Below, piece by piece: positions 1 to 14,399 of a stretch of DNA of 64,000 nt. The stretch is taken from NCBI RefSeq assembly GCF_009914755.1, contig NC_060928.1, one strand, 5' to 3'. The position numbers and the translations under genes were made by a program. The DNA comes from the human T2T-CHM13v2.0 reference genome, Homo sapiens. The first letter of the stretch is position 1; every line of letters begins with the position of its first letter. The notes below the pieces were generated by a model. The model was not told where the DNA came from. It saw only the letters and a list, made by a program, of their open reading frames with translations, and did no database searches.

Positions 1-366
1 GAGTTTTTTAAAAATATATACATGACTTTCTCGTTATAACCAAAATCATTCACTGTAATTTAATTTTTAGTGGCTCTGGATTATAAGTGGTAGGGCTTGC
101 AAATTAATTGATTATATTTCATGGTCTTTGGGGAATAAATTTTCAATTATTAGCGGACAATATTGTCTACTCTTTCATATAATTGCATTCCACCAAGAAT
201 GCAAAATAAAGATTCTTATTAAAGTCTAATGAGATAAACTGAAAATTGTCCATAATCAATCACCAGGGTACCAGGATTTTTAGAACCTGATTAAAATGAA
301 AATACCAAACTTAAATATATTGAGGAACAAAAAGTTGATATTTCTATTTTAATTAAAACTAAAATT

Positions 367-730
<364 letters not shown>

Positions 731-1254
731 CTAATAGAGATATGTGACCCCTTGTAATCCACTGAAATTTTTATTCTTTATTATTTTTATGTGAAATGAG
801 AATTAAAAGAGTACTCAACAGTCATAAAACTACTTTGCAAATACAAACCAATAAATTAAGTACTATTTTTAAAAGTTATATTTTCAAGTCAGGTTTTAGT
901 TTTAAAAATACTTGTTTAATCCACCTATGAGAAGCTTCAAACTCATAATCTTTACTTCAAAGTTTATTAAATTCCTACTTTCTAATACATGAATTAATTC
1001 AAACCAATACATACATGTTTAATGTTGATTTGTAACATAAGCATCTATTAATAACTGCTTGATTTCAAACACCTAAAATTCTAGAACCTTAAAATGAAAT
1101 TATTTTTTGTATTGGTTTACACTGTCCACGAGAGAAAAGAAGAATAAAATATCTTAATTATTGTAGAGATTATAAATATGCCTTCAATATAATGGCCAAA
1201 TGTTATTTTTCTATAGTGCTCTAGAATATGCCTATAATTCACCTTTGCTTTCCT

Positions 1255-1465
1255 TTCAGCTTTATTAAGGTACAACTGACAAATAAAATTGTATATATTT
1301 AAGGTATACGGTATACAGTGTGATGTTTTACTATACATATACATTGTGAAATGATTACCAAAATCATGCTAAATAACATCTACATCATTTCACGTGGTTT
1401 TTGACGTGTGTATATATGAGTGGTAAGAATACTTAAAATCTATTTTATTAGCAAATTTCAAGTCC
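1255..1465 (-). mobile_element. Old L1 3' end fragment (L1MA8-10 type)
   Basis: tttattaaggtacaactgacaaataaaattgtatatatttaagg...cattgtgaaatgattacc...aaaatctattttattagcaaatttcaagt matches the recalled reverse complement of L1MA 3'UTR termini. Confidence 0.75.
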
Positions 1466-1825
1466 ACTTTCTTTTTAATTAAAATGTTATTTCATTCTCC
1501 TTTGCACATTCCCATTAGTCATGTTTATACATTCTCCTCCAAGTTTAGCTTTGTAGCATTTAGAAAATCCAAAGTCAAATTAAAAGCACTGAAAAAAGCT
1601 TCAATTTTAAGAATACATAATACATATTGTTATCACACCATGTCACTTGTCCATCAGAATTAATTATCTCTGAAGCAATAAAATGAGGTGTTGCTGACTT
1701 CTTCTGAAGAATCAGGTCTGTAAGCAAGAGACATATGCTAACCAGAGAGCTCTTTTCTCTTTATTTTTCTAAAATTTGTAGTCCAACTGATTACTTCTCC
1801 TAAGTGAGCATCAAAACTGCATGGC

Positions 1826-2124
1826 AGCCAGGTGCAGTGGCTCACGCCTGTAATGCCAGTAGTTTTGGAGGCTGAGGCAGGACAATCGCTTGAGGTCAGG
1901 ATTTCAAAACCAGCATGGGCAACAAGTGAGACCCCTATTTCTACAAAAAAATAAAAAATATTAGCTGTATATGGTGGTACAATCCTGTAGTCCTAGCTAC
2001 TTGGATGCTGAGGCTATAGGACCCCATGAGTACAGAAGTTCAAGGCTACAGTGAGCTATGAATGACCCACTACACTCCAGCCTGGGCAACAGAGTGAGAC
2101 TCTGTCTCTAGGAAAATAAAAACA
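1826..2124 (+). mobile_element. Alu SINE, AluJ
   Basis: Dimeric Alu with J-type features (aagttcaaggctacagtgagctatg); perfect 13-bp TSD aaaactgcatggc at 1813-1825 and 2125-2137. Confidence 0.96.
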
Positions 2125-2505
2125 AAAACTGCATGGCTTATGGGTACAATTAAAACTAATTTCAAATAAACAATTTCTTGACTACCCAGAAGGTTTTAGT
2201 AGAGTGAAGGACACTCAATATCTGGTAGTGAGGATCAAATGAGCGAGATCTTGCAAAGACTATCAGGAAGAAATGGCTATAGAAGCTTTCTTTTCTTTTA
2301 GTTTTTCATCTTTTTCTCAAATGAATCACAAACATTTCAGTGTTGATAGCAAAGAACCAAGCAAATGATCCAATAATCCAATATCACTTTCAGTGTTTTG
2401 TTACCAAAAATAAGGCTAAGCATAGAATGTATAATAATAATATAGTAAATTGTATGGTCAGTGGAACACCTAATAAAAATTCCTTCATGAAAAATCTAAC
2501 GTGGC

Positions 2506-2821
2506 TGTGTTAGGCAGAATAATGGCCCCTTAAAGATATTCCAACGATTTGACATTCAACCTGCAGTTGCTGGCTTTCGAGAGGAAAGAAAGGAAGCATG
2601 AATCAAGGAATATGGGCAACCTCCTGTAACGGCAAAGAGCAAGGAAATGGATTGTCTCCTAGAGCCTCCAGAAGCAACACAGTCATGCTGACACCTTGAT
2701 TTTAGTCCAGTGAAACCCATTTTGAACTTCTGACCTCCAGGTCTGTAAGATAATAAATTTGTGATGCTTTCAGCCACAAGTTTGTGGTAATTTTTAATGG
2801 CAGCAATAGGAAGCTAACACA
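2506..2821 (+). mobile_element. MaLR solo LTR (MLT1C/D-like), internally deleted
   Basis: tgtgttaggcagaataatggcccc start; ctcctagagcctccagaag...tgctgacaccttgattttag...aataaatttgtg...gcagcaataggaagctaacaca end. Confidence 0.85.
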
Positions 2822-3116
2822 ATGCTCAAGCACCATAAACAAGAATGAAATGTTGAGGAAGAAAGTGGATGTGTGAAAACTCAATTGGGCTGTAAGATAA
2901 AAAATTAACGACAAAAATATGACTTATTGTCCTATGAGATATTTGAGACTTGATTAATCATCTAACTCAGCAGTTTTGTCCTAATGTTTATTAAATTGAC
3001 ATCACACACATACTCACACACCCTACCCTTTACAAAGCTTTTTGAACAAGATTTAGCATCTCTCTCCTTCATTAATGAGTTGAATAAAATTCTTTATGTG
3101 TCCATTTTATACTTAC

Positions 3117-3180
3117 GTCAGAGTTATGTTTTTACCTTTTGAAAAGTATCATTTAACAGAAGAAAAGCCAGCAAAGAAGT
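3117..3180 (-). other. Weak candidate minus-strand exon (64 nt)
   Basis: Minus-strand acceptor ttatacttgtttttcctaAG and donor gac|GTAAGT; sequence signals only. Confidence 0.15.
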
Positions 3181-4620
3181 CTTAGGAAAAACAAGTATAA
3201 AAATAATAAGAAGCCCAGGAGAGAATGCTATCTGGAAGCCAGAAAACAAGAATTGCAAGAAGTGTTAAGAGTGGGAATGTGCAAATATGACAAGCAGGCT
3301 GAAGATTCAGATGAGTGACTGGAAGATGGCTAGTTGGAAGAGGGACAAATAAGTCTATAAACTTTAAAACAAACAAATAAAAAAGTAAATCAGTAAGCGA
3401 TAAGAAAAAAGAGACAGTAGGACCATTGCTTTTTAAAAGAATCTAGGTAACAAGAGAAAGAAACACAGTGTAGCTAGTAAAGAAAAGCAGTCATATGAGA
3501 AAGTATCTGTTTAGGGTGAGGAAGTTTTGACGAAAAACGAGCTAGCAAAAAAGATAAGGGTTCAAAAATACATGCAATGTGGCAGAGGCGAGGGGGTGGG
3601 GTGGGGACACGTATTGAAAAAATGTCCTGAGGACGTGGCTTCAAACACTGCTAATTCTCCCTAGTGAAGGAGAATGGAAATTTCTCTGCAGCAGGGAAGA
3701 AAGAAGACAAAAAAAAAAAAAATGTGTAGAATGACTTCACACCCAGTGGAAATTGTTTTCTTAATGGCTTCAGAGGCAAGGAGATTTTACTTAGGTTTGT
3801 GGTAATAAAAGGGCTCAAGTTGGAAATGGGTGAGATTTTTAATAGCAATTATAGGAAATGTAAGGAAGGTTGAGTAAAATAACCACCAAGCATTGCTGGA
3901 AAAAGCTGGGGCTGGAAATCTGTACTAGAACCAGGCCAACGCAGATATCCTCCTCGCATTCTTAAGTGTCTTTTCAAAACCTCCTAAGCACACAGTGTTC
4001 TTCGGCACTTCTTTATTTCAAATATTTATTCCAGATTTGATCTTTACTCTCTTTAGATTTTAGCGTTTTTAAAGGCAAAATTATTGCTAAAATACTCTTT
4101 CCTTGACGGATCATGGGAATCCCTCCCTTCTCCCTCAATCCGATTAAACTGGAAAACTCAGGTCAGATAAATGGCCTGGGAAGTACCAGATGCATCTTTG
4201 TCAGAGAAGTACGAAAAACACACTCTACCCCAACAGAATTTTATACAAGAAGTCCAGAATTATAAAACTATTTCCTGTGGTTATAAATTCTGATTAACCA
4301 CCAATATGATACACTATAACAATTTCACTCCCACAGGCAGCCTCTAAAGTTCATTAGCAAATAGTAGACAGAGCTCCAGTCCTGGAGAATCTTTAGGTTC
4401 AATCTCCTTTTCCATCACCATGGGCTGTGGCACAAACTCACAATGCAGTTTAATTCTGTGATCGGGTATGTGCCATCATCACAGCAATTGTCTGGCCAAA
4501 TATTAAGAAAATGTTAGAGAACATATTTATAATTATAAACATAATGTATATGGATTTAAGTATACCAAAACATATAAAGTACTTTTATTACACCTTTCTT
4601 TTCCTCTTAACTTCTAAAAT

Positions 4621-4760
4621 ACATACATATATATATATGTGTGTGGATTTTGAAAAAGTTATAAAATGAATCCCCCATATATATATGTGTATCTATATAT
4701 ATATCCATATATATGTGTATATCTATATCTATATCTATATCTATATCTATATCTATATAT
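4621..4760. repeat. (TA)n/(TATATC)n compound microsatellite
   Basis: Runs of atatat and tatatc; produces the spurious DIDIDID ORF. Confidence 0.95.
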
Positions 4761-5524
4761 GCTTTCTCATGCAGTAATATGGAACTCACATGCCTACTTC
4801 TAGTCTATGATGTTTCCATGGTATTTTTTCAGCTGTCATGTGATTCATCCCTGAAAATCGTTAGCATCTGAAACTACTTACTGTCCACAGAATTTTTCAG
4901 TATGACTTCAGAATATTGAGTTACATTTTAAGATAAATAAACCTATCTGTGGATCTCTTCTACACAAAACCTATCACCATAGTTCAGAATTTTAAAAGAT
5001 TCTACTTGGACATGGACAACAAGTGGGCAGAAAAGGCATTCCAGAAAGTTCAAATATGAAAAATTAGCATGGAGGGTTTGAAAATTTTGTATTATTTAAT
5101 GCTTTCAAATACTGAATTCTTATGCAAATGGCTAAACGTTCTTAAATGCTAACTTAATGTACAAAAATGTAAATAACACTCCTGTTTATAACTTCAGATT
5201 TCATTCTTTGAAAATATATTTATTTTATTTTAAATTACTACTCCAAACAAAACTAGTCCAAATAAAAACTTATTGATAATAATTATTTAAGTATAAAGAA
5301 ATCCAACATTTGGAAATCTGAAATCTTAGCCCATTTCTCCAGCTATAAGTCTCTAAATGACAGAGAAAGTATGCACTTACACATTTTAGAGGACACGAAT
5401 CAAGTTCACAAATATCACTGAGTCTTTGGCTCAAACTTCTTTGCTATCTTCCCCCTGCCAAACTAGAACTAACATAACAGTTTGGAAGGAACACTCCACG
5501 TTCTTTATGTGTTACAACAATCGT

Positions 5525-5735
5525 TAAAAGTATTTCCTGTGAGTCAGATCCTGTTCTAAGCCCTTTTCATGCTCTGAGTAATCTAATTTTCAAAACCTTA
5601 AGAGGCCCATTTCACAGATGATTAAAGCTAAAGTTCAGAGAAGTACAGTAATTTGCCCAAGGCCACTTAGCTGGTATGATGAAGCTAGGATTTGGATCTG
5701 GGCAGTTTAATTCCAGAAGACTGCACTCTTAATCT
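5525..5735 (-). mobile_element. MIR SINE
   Basis: cccatttcacagatga...agagaagt...aatttgcccaaggccac..agct is the reverse complement of the MIR core. Confidence 0.85.
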
Positions 5736-6243
5736 TTGTACCCTACTGTTCCTCTCATGGTAATAAAGAAGTCTAAGGGTGGGGAAAGGAGGAACACAAA
5801 GAAATTCAAAAGGAAGAAGAGTCAATACTGCATTCCATAAAGAAGGTGATGCTTACCACTCATGGCTCCTTTCTCTGAAAGCCCTGTTCTCTACCACCAG
5901 GGCCCAACTATAGCATATCAGAGCTACTACTCTTTGGGAATAGAGCGGGGAATTGAAGGAGGAGATGGTCCATTACTCTATCTATAAAATGTAATTAAAT
6001 CCAACACTCCATTGTGTTTTCTCCAGCTACCCAAAATGTGTTTAGAATACTAGCTCTTTGGCCATCTAGAACTGGCTACTTCAAGGAATAAAACTAGCAG
6101 AAGTTCAAAATAGTTTTCTTTTCTATTTACCACTGTTTCTATGAACCTACACAAGACCAAAAGTTGAGAAGTTCACATTCTCAAAGACATTTCTAAATAT
6201 TCTTTTGATCTTGTTCTTAGAAGCCTCTAAAATCAGTGCTTGG

Positions 6244-6476
6244 CAGAGCCACATTGGAGCATGTGGCCAAATGAAAAATCAGAAATACTGATTTTGTGTT
6301 TAACTTTTTTGATATTTTGTTTGTCAGGGCTTTTTTCTCATTAATTTTTATTTTTTAAATATTGCATGAAAATATTATTTGTCTTGTTTACTGCGGTCGG
6401 TGGCGGGGGGGGTACTTATTGAGCAGTGTGTTTTTATTTATTTGTTTTTGGTGCCACCTTAAATTTTGTGCCCTAG
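6244..6476. mobile_element. hAT-type MITE (MER96B-like), left part
   Basis: ttttgatattttg...aatattgcatgaaaatattattt...tttttggtgccaccttaaattttgtgccc resembles MER96B; continues after the LTR at 7222. Confidence 0.6.
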
Positions 6477-7221
6477 TGATACAGAAGGGCTGGGCTCTCA
6501 GCTAAACTCCACCCTTAAGCCTGGAACCAAGGCTCTAAGTGAAAACAGCCGGCCACATTTTTCCGCCCAAATGTTGCCTTTTTGGCCTGCCCCGTCCCTA
6601 TCCTGTGCCCATAAAAGACTTCATCTGGCAGAACAACACAAGTGGCTGAGCGTTGAAGATACAAGCGGCTGAGCAGCGAGCAGAGAGAAGCAACTGAGTA
6701 TTGGAGACTACAGACAGACATAGCTAACTTAAGATGGTGCCGCTTCAGAGAGGGGCCCCGCCCCAGACAGCCAGGCTTCAGGGAAAGATCAACTTTCCAT
6801 CCGCTTTCCAGCCTCCCTTTCCGTTGAGAGCCACCCACCACTCAATAGAGTCTTCCGCATTCATCACCTTTGAACCAGTTCGTATGACTTAATTCTTCCT
6901 GGATGCAGAACAAGAACCCAGGTGCCGAAAGAACCCTGCCACCCTGACCCTCCACTGAGCTGGCTGGCACTTGGCTGTCCCTGGACAGCAGAGCTGAAAG
7001 AGCATTGGTTTTAACACGCTTGGATGCTGCTGCGGGGCCTGCAAAGAGCCTGCTCCCACCAAAGAGGAGTGACTGGCAGCTTCCAGCATTAGTTCGCTAC
7101 AGTTCCTGCGCTGGCTCACTGGCATGCGCCGCGCTGCAAGGAGTGGCCAGCAGCGAGATGAGTGAAAAGAGCCACTTCAGTTCCTGCCTGCGAAGGGGGT
7201 CAAGGAAACTATCCCGTCTCA
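6477..7221 (+). mobile_element. ERV1 solo LTR, LTR1-family (HUERS-P2-related)
   Basis: TG...CA termini (tgatacaga...cccgtctca), 745 bp, GC-richer than flanks, ctatcctgtgcccataaaa TATA region; 4-bp TSD ctag/ctaa. Confidence 0.8.
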
Positions 7222-7262
7222 CTAAGCTAGTGCCTCACACCTCAATCTAGTCCCAGCTCTCT
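7222..7262. mobile_element. MER96B-like terminal part
   Basis: gtgcctcacacctcaatctagtcccagctct resembles the MER96 terminal inverted repeat. Confidence 0.55.
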
Positions 7263-7899
7263 ATTAAAGGTGTGAGATGCTACCTCAAAAAACATGTATT
7301 CCATTAGGCTGATGCTAGATTACATCCATGAGTATCAGATAAAAGTAACAAAATATTATTGATAATATAGTGTCACCACATCGTACCCACAGACCATACA
7401 AAGTCTGACACCTGTCAAAGTCAACACTGGAGTAAAGTTGTAGAAATCAAAGTCTACATACTACATGTCCTATTGCATATTCTCTCAAATAGACATTTAA
7501 TTTTTTAACAGGAAGATATTCACAACATTCTGACTTAACAATCAATGTGTAATAGGCACTTGCAAAGCTGGCCGTATGCAATTCTTAAAATATTTTGTGT
7601 TTTAATTTTTGTCCAATATTTGATATTCGACAAAATTTTGCCCAATATTTGATAAAAATCACTGTATGATTTTTAATTTACAAGAGAAACAGAAGCGATC
7701 TAGTACTCTGTGCTAAATAAAATGCATGTATATATTTAAGCTTCTAGTATTTCATTGCATAAGTAATATGTATTCATCACAGGAAATATAGACAGCAAAG
7801 ATAAAAACAAAAATTATCCCTAAACCTATGATCCCAAAAATTATTCCAGGTCTTTCCCTCTAAGTATATGAAAAAATAAAATTATACAATACTTGTAAT

Positions 7900-9280
7900 T
7901 AACATGACTTTTTAAACTTAAAATTTGTTGTGAAAATATTTCTGCATCATTATTTTAAAAAGCTAATAATAAAAATACTTAATATTTTATTATATAAATG
8001 TTAAGTACTTTATTTTCCTTTAGATTTTAGTGTTGCTTTCTTGTTATTCAACAACAATTGTGAAAAGATCTTATCTCCACATACTTAAGTCTGTCCTTAC
8101 TGTAATTCCATAGAAGTAGAACAACTGGATGAAATGGTATAAATATCCTAAAGTTTCTTTATGCAAATAGCAAACTTTCTCTCCAGAGAACTGTACCAAT
8201 TTGTCAGTAGTGAATGAAATATCCCATTTCCTTTTACTTCAAACAATCATGCCTCTTACTGTTCTTAATGATTTTAAACTGAGAGGCAAAAACCACTGCT
8301 TTGCCTTAATTTGCATATTTTGTTAATCTAGAAAACGTTTTTGATTTGTTTATTTGTAGTTCTCCTGTAGTGAGTTATTTACACTTGCTCTATGCTTATT
8401 TTTATATTATCATATTCATACTTTTCTTATGAATTGATAAGATTACTATTATCAACATTATTAGTCCTATGTTTGTCGATTATCTTTTTAATTTGAATTA
8501 TGGTAATTAGGCCATATTAAATTTTAACATGTTTGTATACTCCCATTTATTAACCTTTTTTCTTTGGTATTAGGCCTTAGGAAATTGTTTCTCTGGGTAT
8601 ACAAATATTCACTTATATTTTTTTCCAGTAGATTTGTAAGTTCAGTTTTTCCATATAAATATTTAACTCATCTGGAATTTAGGTTGGTATAAGGTGTGAG
8701 GTTGTTCCCAGTTGCTTCCAACACCACTTATTCAATAATCCACTCTTTCCTAACTGGTTTGAAATGTTATCTCTATTATATATTAAATTCCAATACAGTT
8801 GACCTGTTTCTGCATTTCTGTTCTGTTTCACATATCTTTCTAGTCTGGCACAATGCTACTGCATATTATTTTTACGGTTTAACAGTACATTTAACAATCT
8901 GGTAAGGGCATTGCTCTTCTTTAAAAATAAAAAAAAATTATGGCTATTCATTAACTTATTTTCCAGATAAACTTTAGAATCTTTTGGACAAGTTCTAAAA
9001 AAAGTCCCACTGGGATTTTGATTAGAAAAGTGTGAAGTTTATAGGTTAATTTGGAGAAAGTTGACTTCTTCCTCTCCAAAAACATCTTTCTCACCACTTA
9101 TTCAAAGTTTTTCTATGTCTGTCAGTAAAATCTGGCCATTTTCTTCAAATAGGCCTGCACATTTATTGTTAAATTTATTCATATATATCATATATGTTGT
9201 TATTATTCTGAAAGGACTATTTATTATATTCCTAAACTTAAATATTTATGTTGTATATTTTGTAATTAACATATTAAAGT
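7900..9280 (-). mobile_element. Degenerate ancient L1 (L1ME-type) fragments
   Basis: T-rich antisense L1 motifs: ccagttgcttccaacaccacttattcaataatcc, aactttagaatc...ctgggattttgatt...taggttaatttggaga. Confidence 0.7.
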
Positions 9281-9592
9281 AGAAACAATACAGTTTCCTA
9301 GTAGTGCTTGTTTCTCTTCTTGCCCCTGCTGTTTACTGACCCCATAAACTTGGGCAAATTTCTAAATAATTTTGGCCCTTCCTTTAAGAGTGAGGAAGGA
9401 AACTAGCCTGCCCATGCAAGGGTACCATGAAGTTCAAATAAGATAAGGTGTTTAATAGCACCCTAAGCTATAAGCCATATAAATAACAGGGTTGTGTATA
9501 AAGAAACACCGATTGAGTCTCCACAAAACAAAATGCAAAATCAAGGTTTAAAACATCTGAATAATTGAAATAAACTCTTTTTATTGGGATTA

Positions 9593-10189
<597 letters not shown>

Positions 10190-10887
10190 TCATATATTAG
10201 CTTGGTTTTTTGTTTAATTTATATTACATATAGGACATATAACGATAAAGGAGAAATGTATCTCATCATTAAAAGTGGCATTTTGTCATATACACAATGC
10301 CATGAAAGTTAATTATGTAGTAACTTAAATGGATATGATGAACCATGCTTTGATATATCTATGATGGCTACTCTGATTACATAAGTGGTATAAACATATG
10401 ACTGTGAATACATACTGTATATACATAAATAAAAATATCTCATAAAGACCCTAAACAACCATATGGTAAGTTTCTAGAACAAACTAAATACTAAAGGATT
10501 TTTGGACACATTTCAATGGTGCAAACATGTAGAGGTTGTCGGTTCAAACTAGTTTAAAACTGCCACAAAGTTTATTAGGACTAAGGGCCAATCTATATAA
10601 AGGAAATTGGCTCACAAACCTGAAAAATATATAGTTCTGCATTTAATCTTATAAATTGTATCAAATCATAAAGTTTTTTCTATCTGCTTGAAACCAAAAT
10701 ACCTAATATATCTCTCAGTACACATGAAAAAATATTGTATGCATAATATACTTTTGCTCTCATTTCCATTAATAAAAAGAATGTTAAATTCCCTCTTCTT
10801 GTTATTCAGGCTTCTTCAATAACAAGAAAGCCACCAATTACACAACAAGGCCATAAAACTAGTATGTATTCTAATTGGCAACCTCAC

Positions 10888-11061
10888 CTTGACTATACAA
10901 TGTCTGCCATGGCCATACTTTTTAAATAGTAATCAGACTCTTTTATTGGCAATGGTGATTACCATTAATTTTCCAAGGATAGAATGATAAGAGGTTCTTT
11001 CCTCTTTACTCTTCAGCACAAAGACAGGCAAGATGGCATTGATTTGTGGAGCTCTAATGAC
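10888..11061 (-). other. Candidate minus-strand internal exon (174 nt)
   Basis: Acceptor tcatttttttatggcAG|G, donor AAG|GTGAGG, in repeat-free DNA; stops in all three frames if read end to end. Confidence 0.35.
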
Positions 11062-11095
11062 CTGCCATAAAAAAATGAACTATGAGAAAAATAAG
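11017..11095 (+). other. Candidate plus-strand exon (79 nt)
   Basis: Acceptor ttctttcctctttactcttcAG, donor AAG|GTAAGT; one open frame (TKTGKMALICGALMTCHKKMNYEKNK). Confidence 0.3.
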
Positions 11096-12404
11096 GTAAG
11101 TTTGAAAAGCAACGGTATCTTCCAAAAATATCTACCTACTGATTTCAATTCCAACACACACTTACTTCAAACAGATTGCTGCTCTAAAGCCTTTCCCATA
11201 TAAATGTTTAAGACTTACCAAATTAGATTGGAAGGAATATTTGCCCATTTTTTTCAGGTAATTGAATTAACGAGGAAAATTAGTCCAAATCAGGGTAGAA
11301 TATATTTTATTTATACTTAGTAAACAGAAATATTCCAAACATCCACAGACTTTTCCCTTTCATCTGGCCGTAGAAATATGTACTTATTAGCCATTACTAC
11401 TCATTGTCCTCTAAATGTATAAGCAATTACAACAGTGATTTCAATAATCTTATATAATTGAATCTATCTTAAAGTATATTCAATTTTTCAGATAAATATA
11501 AATTGCGTTCATGTCTTACCACATAACTTTCCACATAAATCAATGTGTTTCTGTCCTGTATAAAATTTTACCAGGATGTCTTCAAAGGAGTCACTAAGCT
11601 TGGCATAATAATAAAAGTATATATGATATTCATTGTGGGAATTTCTATTGAAATGTTCTCTGGTCTTAGCTGGGCTGAAAGAATGATTATACTTATTGAA
11701 TTTTTACTCTAAGAGTTACCAAATTTTAGTGTCTTACGAATCCATTCTTATACATTTAAGTCACCGAAAATTTTTAAGAAAGAAAAGGTAAAATAAAAGC
11801 CCCTGCAAGCAGTATGCAATAATACATCTAATTTAAAAGGGATTAATCATTACCAATTTAGCATCAAAAGAATTGTCAAAAAAAAAAAAAAAAGGAGTTC
11901 CATATGGGCCATGTCATGAAAGGCTAAAAAAGATGAGCCATTTACCTCCTCCCTTCTCCAACTACAGAGGAAAAGAAGAATAAGTAAATCAATTTGAGTC
12001 TCTAAAGAACATGTGGATTTCTTTAAGACTCATGCTTCTCCAAGTAGAATCCACACTATCAGAGTCACTAAGAAACATGGGCAATCATCTATAAACCATG
12101 TTTTCACCATAGAGCATTGAAAAAACCACTTTCAAACATGCCCATTCTGGTATCCACATGTGCCTCTCTTTTGGAATTTACAGGACTATTTGATCTACTC
12201 CAGCACTGCCTCGGGCCATGGGAAAGCTCTATTCCTCCTTACTTTCTTTCTGCTTTCCTCTTTCCTTCCCCAACAAAGAATATTCTGGGCTAGAGTTAAA
12301 ACACTTTTTTTTTTTTTTTTTTTTTACATACAAGTGGGCAAGCACAAAAGGGAAAAGACAAAGGAAGGGAGAATTACAGACCCTGGAAATGTGAATGACT
12401 AAGT

Positions 12405-12560
12405 TAAGTGACTAGAGTCAGACATGCCTGGGTTTCAAATACCCTCTGAGTCACTTAGTAGCTGTGTGATGTTGGGTAGATGATTGAATATAGCTGAATC
12501 TCAATTGTCTAGTCTACAAAGTGGGTTAGTATAACTACCTGTTATAGTCGCTAAAAGGTT
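12405..12560 (+). mobile_element. MIR SINE (interrupted by MER30)
   Basis: gagtcagacatgcctgggtttcaaatacc...cacttagtagctgtgtgatgttggg core; a probable 3' remnant follows MER30 (~12830-12880). Confidence 0.8.
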
Positions 12561-12824
12561 CAGGAGTGACCAATCTTTTGGCCTCCCTAGGCCACACTGG
12601 AAAAATTGTCATGGGCCACACATAAAATATATTAACACTAATAATACCTGATGAGCTTAAAAAAAAAAAAGAAAAAGAAAAAAGAAAAAGGTCCATGCAT
12701 AAATTTCATAATGTTTTAAGAAAATTTACAAATTTGTGTTGGGCCACATTCAAAGCTATACTGGGTCATATACAAAGTCATCTTGTGCTGCATGTGACCC
12801 GCAAGCCCCAGGTTGGACAAGCTT
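12561..12824 (+). mobile_element. MER30 (hAT-Charlie MITE)
   Basis: caggagtgaccaatcttttggcctccct...gggccacacataaaata...tttgtgttgggccacattcaaag...ggttggacaagcttg. Confidence 0.9.
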
Positions 12825-13454
12825 GGTTTAGATTATAATAAAATCCCCGAACATAGTAGGTTTTCATAGTAGATTTTAATATTAGTCTACTATGAACAAT
12901 CTTGTGGAAGGGGTAGTAAAACAGAAGGATAAAGATTTATCTACGTATAACACAAAGCACAGCTATAGCTTAATTGTAATACAAAACAAAATGTTACATA
13001 ATAAAACTAAACTCACCCATATTATTTGCTTAAGAGTTAAATACAATGTTTGAAGTTCTTAATTTATTATAGTGGGTACACAGTAGAAAGTAGTTATTCT
13101 TGTATTTGTAAAACATTTTCATGTCTAGGAAATACAAAATAATCATACTAAAGAATAATAATAGAAGTAAATAATTTAAAATCATTGCTTTATTGATATT
13201 TTTTTCATTTTATGCCACAGCTCTTTGCTAATAAAGTCCTTAGAAAACTTTATTTCATGGAAGTTTTAATTCTCTCACGAATTAAACAGGTTGTCTAGAT
13301 GTGGCAGGTAAAAGTGTTCTGTAATGATTTGTGACCACGGAAAGCTGAGAAAGGGAGAAGAACAGACAAAGGAGGATTAAAATAGACATGCTGCAATGTT
13401 ACCGTACTGAATTATAAACAGCCTGAAGCTTCATTATTCTCAATTATAATTGTC

Positions 13455-13900
13455 ATTTTGATTAGTTTGGATTGCTGATAGAAAACTCAACTCAAAGCAA
13501 CTTAATCAAATAAGTTGCTGAAATAAGTACATTACTGAAAACTCCTGAGACAGATTTCAAATGAGATGAGATAAAGGTTCTAGGTCCATATTGCTGACAT
13601 TACTCTCTTCTTGCCTTCATATATGAGCTATGTCTTCAGGTTGGTTTCAATCATATTCACAATATGGCTGCCATCAACAATTGGGGTCATGGCTCCTCAT
13701 TTACATCCAAGAGACACAGAGAAGATGTATTATCTCATAGCAATCTAAAAAAGTCTCGAGGGTTGTATTGATTGTACTAGCACTGTGATAATTCCTATGG
13801 CCGAGGGAATTGCAATATACTGGTTGGTTTAAGTCTGTGTTGCTCAAACTAACCCTTAGGGTAAGAAAAATCAAAATTCATCTCTATAGAGTTTGGGATG
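13455..13900 (-). mobile_element. Old MaLR LTR relic (MLT1J/K/L-like)
   Basis: agaaaactcaactcaaagcaacttaa...actgaaaactcc...atatggctgcc resembles degenerate antisense MLT1. Confidence 0.4.
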
Positions 13901-14399
13901 GGATCAATTGCTACCAAATTACATGTCTGATACACATAAAAGAAATGGCAACAAGAAGTTGGCAATACAACTAGAGTATCTACTATGTGTAATTGCCACA
14001 GCTGATATATTTTTGATGAAAACTGTTAATTTTATGATATAACTAAGAAATCATTTATCACATGGTATGTTTCAACTTTTTTTGAGCGTACCAAATCCAC
14101 GGCTGGCTTTTAACATTAGGCACAAATAAGGGGATATCTTTTACTATGATGACAAAACTGATTTACTATAAACAAGTAATATGAAAAGTATTTGTTTAAT
14201 TAAATAGCAAAGTCATTGATGATCCTGTTCCAAGGTGTTTCTGGACAGAATTTACACAATAGAAAACAATATCTATCTAGGAAGACAAAATATGTGGCTA
14301 CGGACTCACCTCAAATGAAAATAGAGAAACCAGCTTTATAGATCTAAAAATTTTAGATCTCAGGATTAATGTTTTAAAAGAATATAAAGAAACTCATAA

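Noticed and set aside
4607-4789. ORF with DIDIDID repeat
   Set aside because: Translation of the (TATATC)n microsatellite
6466-7250. Overlapping ORFs up to 108 aa
   Set aside because: Within a solo LTR; no gag/pol/env similarity
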